From Longimicrobiales bacterium (GTDB lineage Bacteria; Gemmatimonadota; Gemmatimonadetes; Longimicrobiales; Gaopeijiaceae): 64,000 nucleotides of DNA. Location of the stretch: assembly GCA_965226375.1 (NCBI GenBank), contig CBDDCX010000008.1, positions 1,568,001-1,632,000 of the forward strand. Direction: 5' to 3'. Shown here in pieces: positions 61,528-64,000 of this stretch (positions are counted from its first letter, which is position 1; every line of letters starts with the position of its first letter). The notes under the pieces were generated by a model, which made no database searches, was not told where the DNA came from, and saw only the letters and a list, made by a program, of their open reading frames with translations. A program made the position numbers and the translations under genes.

Positions 61528-62306
61528 GCAGGAAGAGGGCGGTGGCGGCCTTGGAGGCGGGCCACACGGCCAGTACGTGGGCCCACAACACGTAGCCGAC
61601 AGCCGCCGGAAAGAGTCCCAGATAGACCACCATGGCCGTGGCCCCGTTGGGAGCGAACCGCACCGCCTCGACGAGGCCTCCGGAAAAGAGCAGCAGCATC
61701 AACGTGCCCGCCCATATGGCATAGGAGGTGAACTCGAGGGGACTGTACTTTTTCATGTAGTGCTTCTGTAGCACGATAGTAGACGGCCCCACCGACCGCT
61801 GCGACCAGGATGAGGAACACCCTCGGGTCGATGCCCACCCCGTCACTGTCTCCCACGGCGATGAGCCCCACGCCAAACAGGCTCACCCCAATACCGAGCC
61901 ATCCGGCTGCCGGAAGTCTCTCGCCGAGGAACGCGGCCGCCATGATGGCCGTGAAGATCGGGATGGTGTTGATCACGAAGCTCCCGGCCCCAGCCGACAC
62001 GGAGAGCTCACCGATGTTCAGCAATAAATGGCATGCGGTGATCCCTGCGCCTCCCGCCAGAAAGATGGCCGGGAGGTCCTCGAGCGCTGGGAGCCGCATG
62101 CGGCTCGCGGCCGCGTAGATCGCCAGAGCCGCCGAGGCCACCAGGAAGCGCAACGCCGCGAGATGCTCCGGTGAGTAGGCGTCCAGTCCGACCCGGATAC
62201 CCGGATACGCCGACGCCCAGAGAAGGAGAGCGATTGCGAGGGGAAGAATCACCTTGGGCTCGAGCGCCGCCCGGCGGGCACCCTCGGCTTCTCGTCCTTG
62301 AGGCAT
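61528..62306 (-). pseudogene. EamA/DMT transporter, frameshifted near 61779 and truncated at the 3' end
   Basis: LWASAY, LAALRF and AFLGERL motifs; the second repeat (IVLQKHY...YLGLFPAAVGY) is in another frame and ends prematurely. Confidence 0.8.
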
Positions 62307-63269
62307 CGCGCTGCGGCCGCCTCGTGGATCGGCCGGACCGGCCTGGAGGCGCCGCCGGAGCGGATTATCGTCACCGCCGGCGGCCAGCACGCCATGACTG
62401 CACTCTTCTCCACCCTGCTGCGCCCGGGTGATACGATTCTGGCCGGCGAACTCACCTATCCTGGCATGAAGGCCCTCGCTCAGATGCTCGGGCTCCGCAT
62501 CCGCGGCGTGGCCCTGGACGATGAGGGCATTCGGCCCGACGCACTGGATGAGGCTTGTCAGGATGGCGGATCCAGCGCCCTCTACTGTGTCCCCACGCTC
62601 CAGAATCCGACCTGCGCGGTCATGTCCGAAGAGCGGCGGCGTCACATCGCTGAGGTGGCCAGACGGCACGACCTGTTGGTCGTCGAGGATCATGTCCATG
62701 CCTTCATGGTCGACGACGAACCCCCTCCCCTGGCCGTCTTCGCACCGGAGCGGACGATCCACTTGAGCACGATCTCCAAGTCGGTAACGTTCGGGCTCCG
62801 CATCGGCTTCCTCGTCGCTCCGGACCATCTGGTGGACCGCATCCGTGCGGGAGTGCGCTCCACCATCTGGATGCCCCCTCCTCTCATGACCGAGGTGGCG
62901 ACGCGCTGGCTGTCCGACGGCACGGCGGAGCACGTTGCAGCCGCGAAGAGAGCGGAACTCCAGGCCCGCACCGCCATTGTCCGCGAGGTCCTCGGCAGTC
63001 GTTATGAGGTGCGCGGTACGGATGCGTCCATTCACCACTGGATCCACCTTCCCGACCCCTGGCGAAGTGACGAGTGCGTGGCGCAAGCACGTCAGCGAGG
63101 GGTGCTGGTGGCCGGGGCCGAGGCGTTCGCCGTCGGGCGGCGGGACGTGCCCCACGCCGTGAGGGTGTGCGTCGGATTGGTCCCCGACCGAGAGGATCTC
63201 CGGCGCGGGCTCGAGACTCTCGGAGACGTGCTCGAGGGTTGCTGCGACCCCTGTGTCGATATCCTGTGA
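62298..63269 (+). pseudogene. MocR/GabR-family PLP-dependent regulator lacking its N-terminal wHTH part
   Basis: TAGGQHA, TYPG, LQNPT, EDH and SKS...GLRIG motifs. It begins mid-domain at HRAAAASWI, abutting the divergent EamA start. Confidence 0.78.
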
Positions 63270-63290
63270 TGCTAGCCCACGAGGAGTAGC

Positions 63291-63797
63291 ATGGAGATTC
63301 AAGACGTGGGCGAGTTCCTCAAGTATCTGTCGAGGGTGCGGCAACGCACATCGGGTGTCGTCTCGTGCATTACCGAGGCATCCCTCGAGTGGAGTCCCGG
63401 AGCGGGATTCTTTACCCCCGGGGATCTCGTGCGCCATATCGCGGGAGCCGAACGCTGGATGTGGGCCGAGAACGTCATGGGGCGACCGAGCCGATACCCC
63501 GGGCACGGGCCCGAGCTGGCGTCGGGCCTCGACGCCGTGGTCGAGTACATGCGGACGCTGCACGCCGAAGCTGTCGAGATCTTCCAAGGCCTCGAGCCCG
63601 AGCAACTCCAGGCCAAGTGCGTCACGGTGGGCGGCACCGAACTGATGATCTGGAGGTGGCTCCGGGCCATGGTGGAGCACGAAATCCATCATCGTGGGCA
63701 ACTCTACACCACGCTCAAACTCGCCGGGGTCGAGACTCCTTCCCTCTACGGCTTGACCGAGCCGCAGGTGCTGGAGCGTAGTCGACCGAGCGAATAA
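63291..63797 (+). CDS. DinB family protein
   Basis: GAGGAG RBS; RHIA and HEIHHRGQL motifs. Confidence 0.9.
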   Translation: MEIQDVGEFLKYLSRVRQRTSGVVSCITEASLEWSPGAGFFTPGDLVRHIAGAERWMWAENVMGRPSRYPGHGPELASGLDAVVEYMRTLHAEAVEIFQGLEPEQLQAKCVTVGGTELMIWRWLRAMVEHEIHHRGQLYTTLKLAGVETPSLYGLTEPQVLERSRPSE

Positions 63798-63879
63798 CTG
63801 AGACCCGAGCGAGTGATCACCGCGGTCGAAACGACCGAATGATTCGAGTCCAACGACTGATCAGCAGAGGAGAAGGTGG

Positions 63880-64000
63880 ATGACGACGATGATGAGGTGG
63901 TTTGATCGATCCTTTGCGCTCGGGCTCGGCAACGAGCTTCTGCCCATGATCCTGGAGCGTCTCCGGGGCACACCGCCGCGCCTGGAGCTTCTGGTCCGCT
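63880..64000 (+). CDS. Probable second DinB family protein (partial, runs off window end)
   Basis: GAGGAGAAGG upstream; MTTMMRWFDRSF...ILERLRGTPPRLE. Confidence 0.6.
   Translation, partial: MTTMMRWFDRSFALGLGNELLPMILERLRGTPPRLELLVR

Noticed and set aside
61458..63701. 747-aa minus-strand ORF
   Set aside because: It is a composite of antisense read-through over DinB and MocR plus the real EamA segment starting at 62306.

Overview
GC-rich bacterial genomic window; the gene set and gene order resemble Gemmatimonadota (inference, no database search run). Positions 1-27.7 kb are mostly housekeeping: moeA, etfAB, a methylpurine glycosylase, a large NYN-LOTUS protein, an acyl-CoA ligase, aroB, a class A PBP, ruvX-mltG-thiE, a complete F1Fo atp operon, a MoxR ATPase, a CNNM/CBS protein and a gamma-carbonic-anhydrase-like protein. 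From 27.75 kb the window turns accessory and eroded. It holds an IS3-family element, a lone tRNA-Ala(TGC), several fused gene remnants, P450-ferredoxin-panB, a hydrolase-cyclase fusion and an SDR/QueA-like pair behind a SoxR-box promoter. Further on are a STAND-LuxR regulator, a Gld-type ABC system, a His/Met-rich putative metal-handling cluster, an ADOP permease, a PLP decarboxylase and DinB proteins. The best leads are the NYN-2xLOTUS-HhH protein with disordered tails, the SoxR-box SDR-QueA paralog operon, a Rex-like operator on the atp promoter, the His-rich lipoprotein cluster and about six deletion-junction scars. No CRISPR array, rRNA or prophage was seen.
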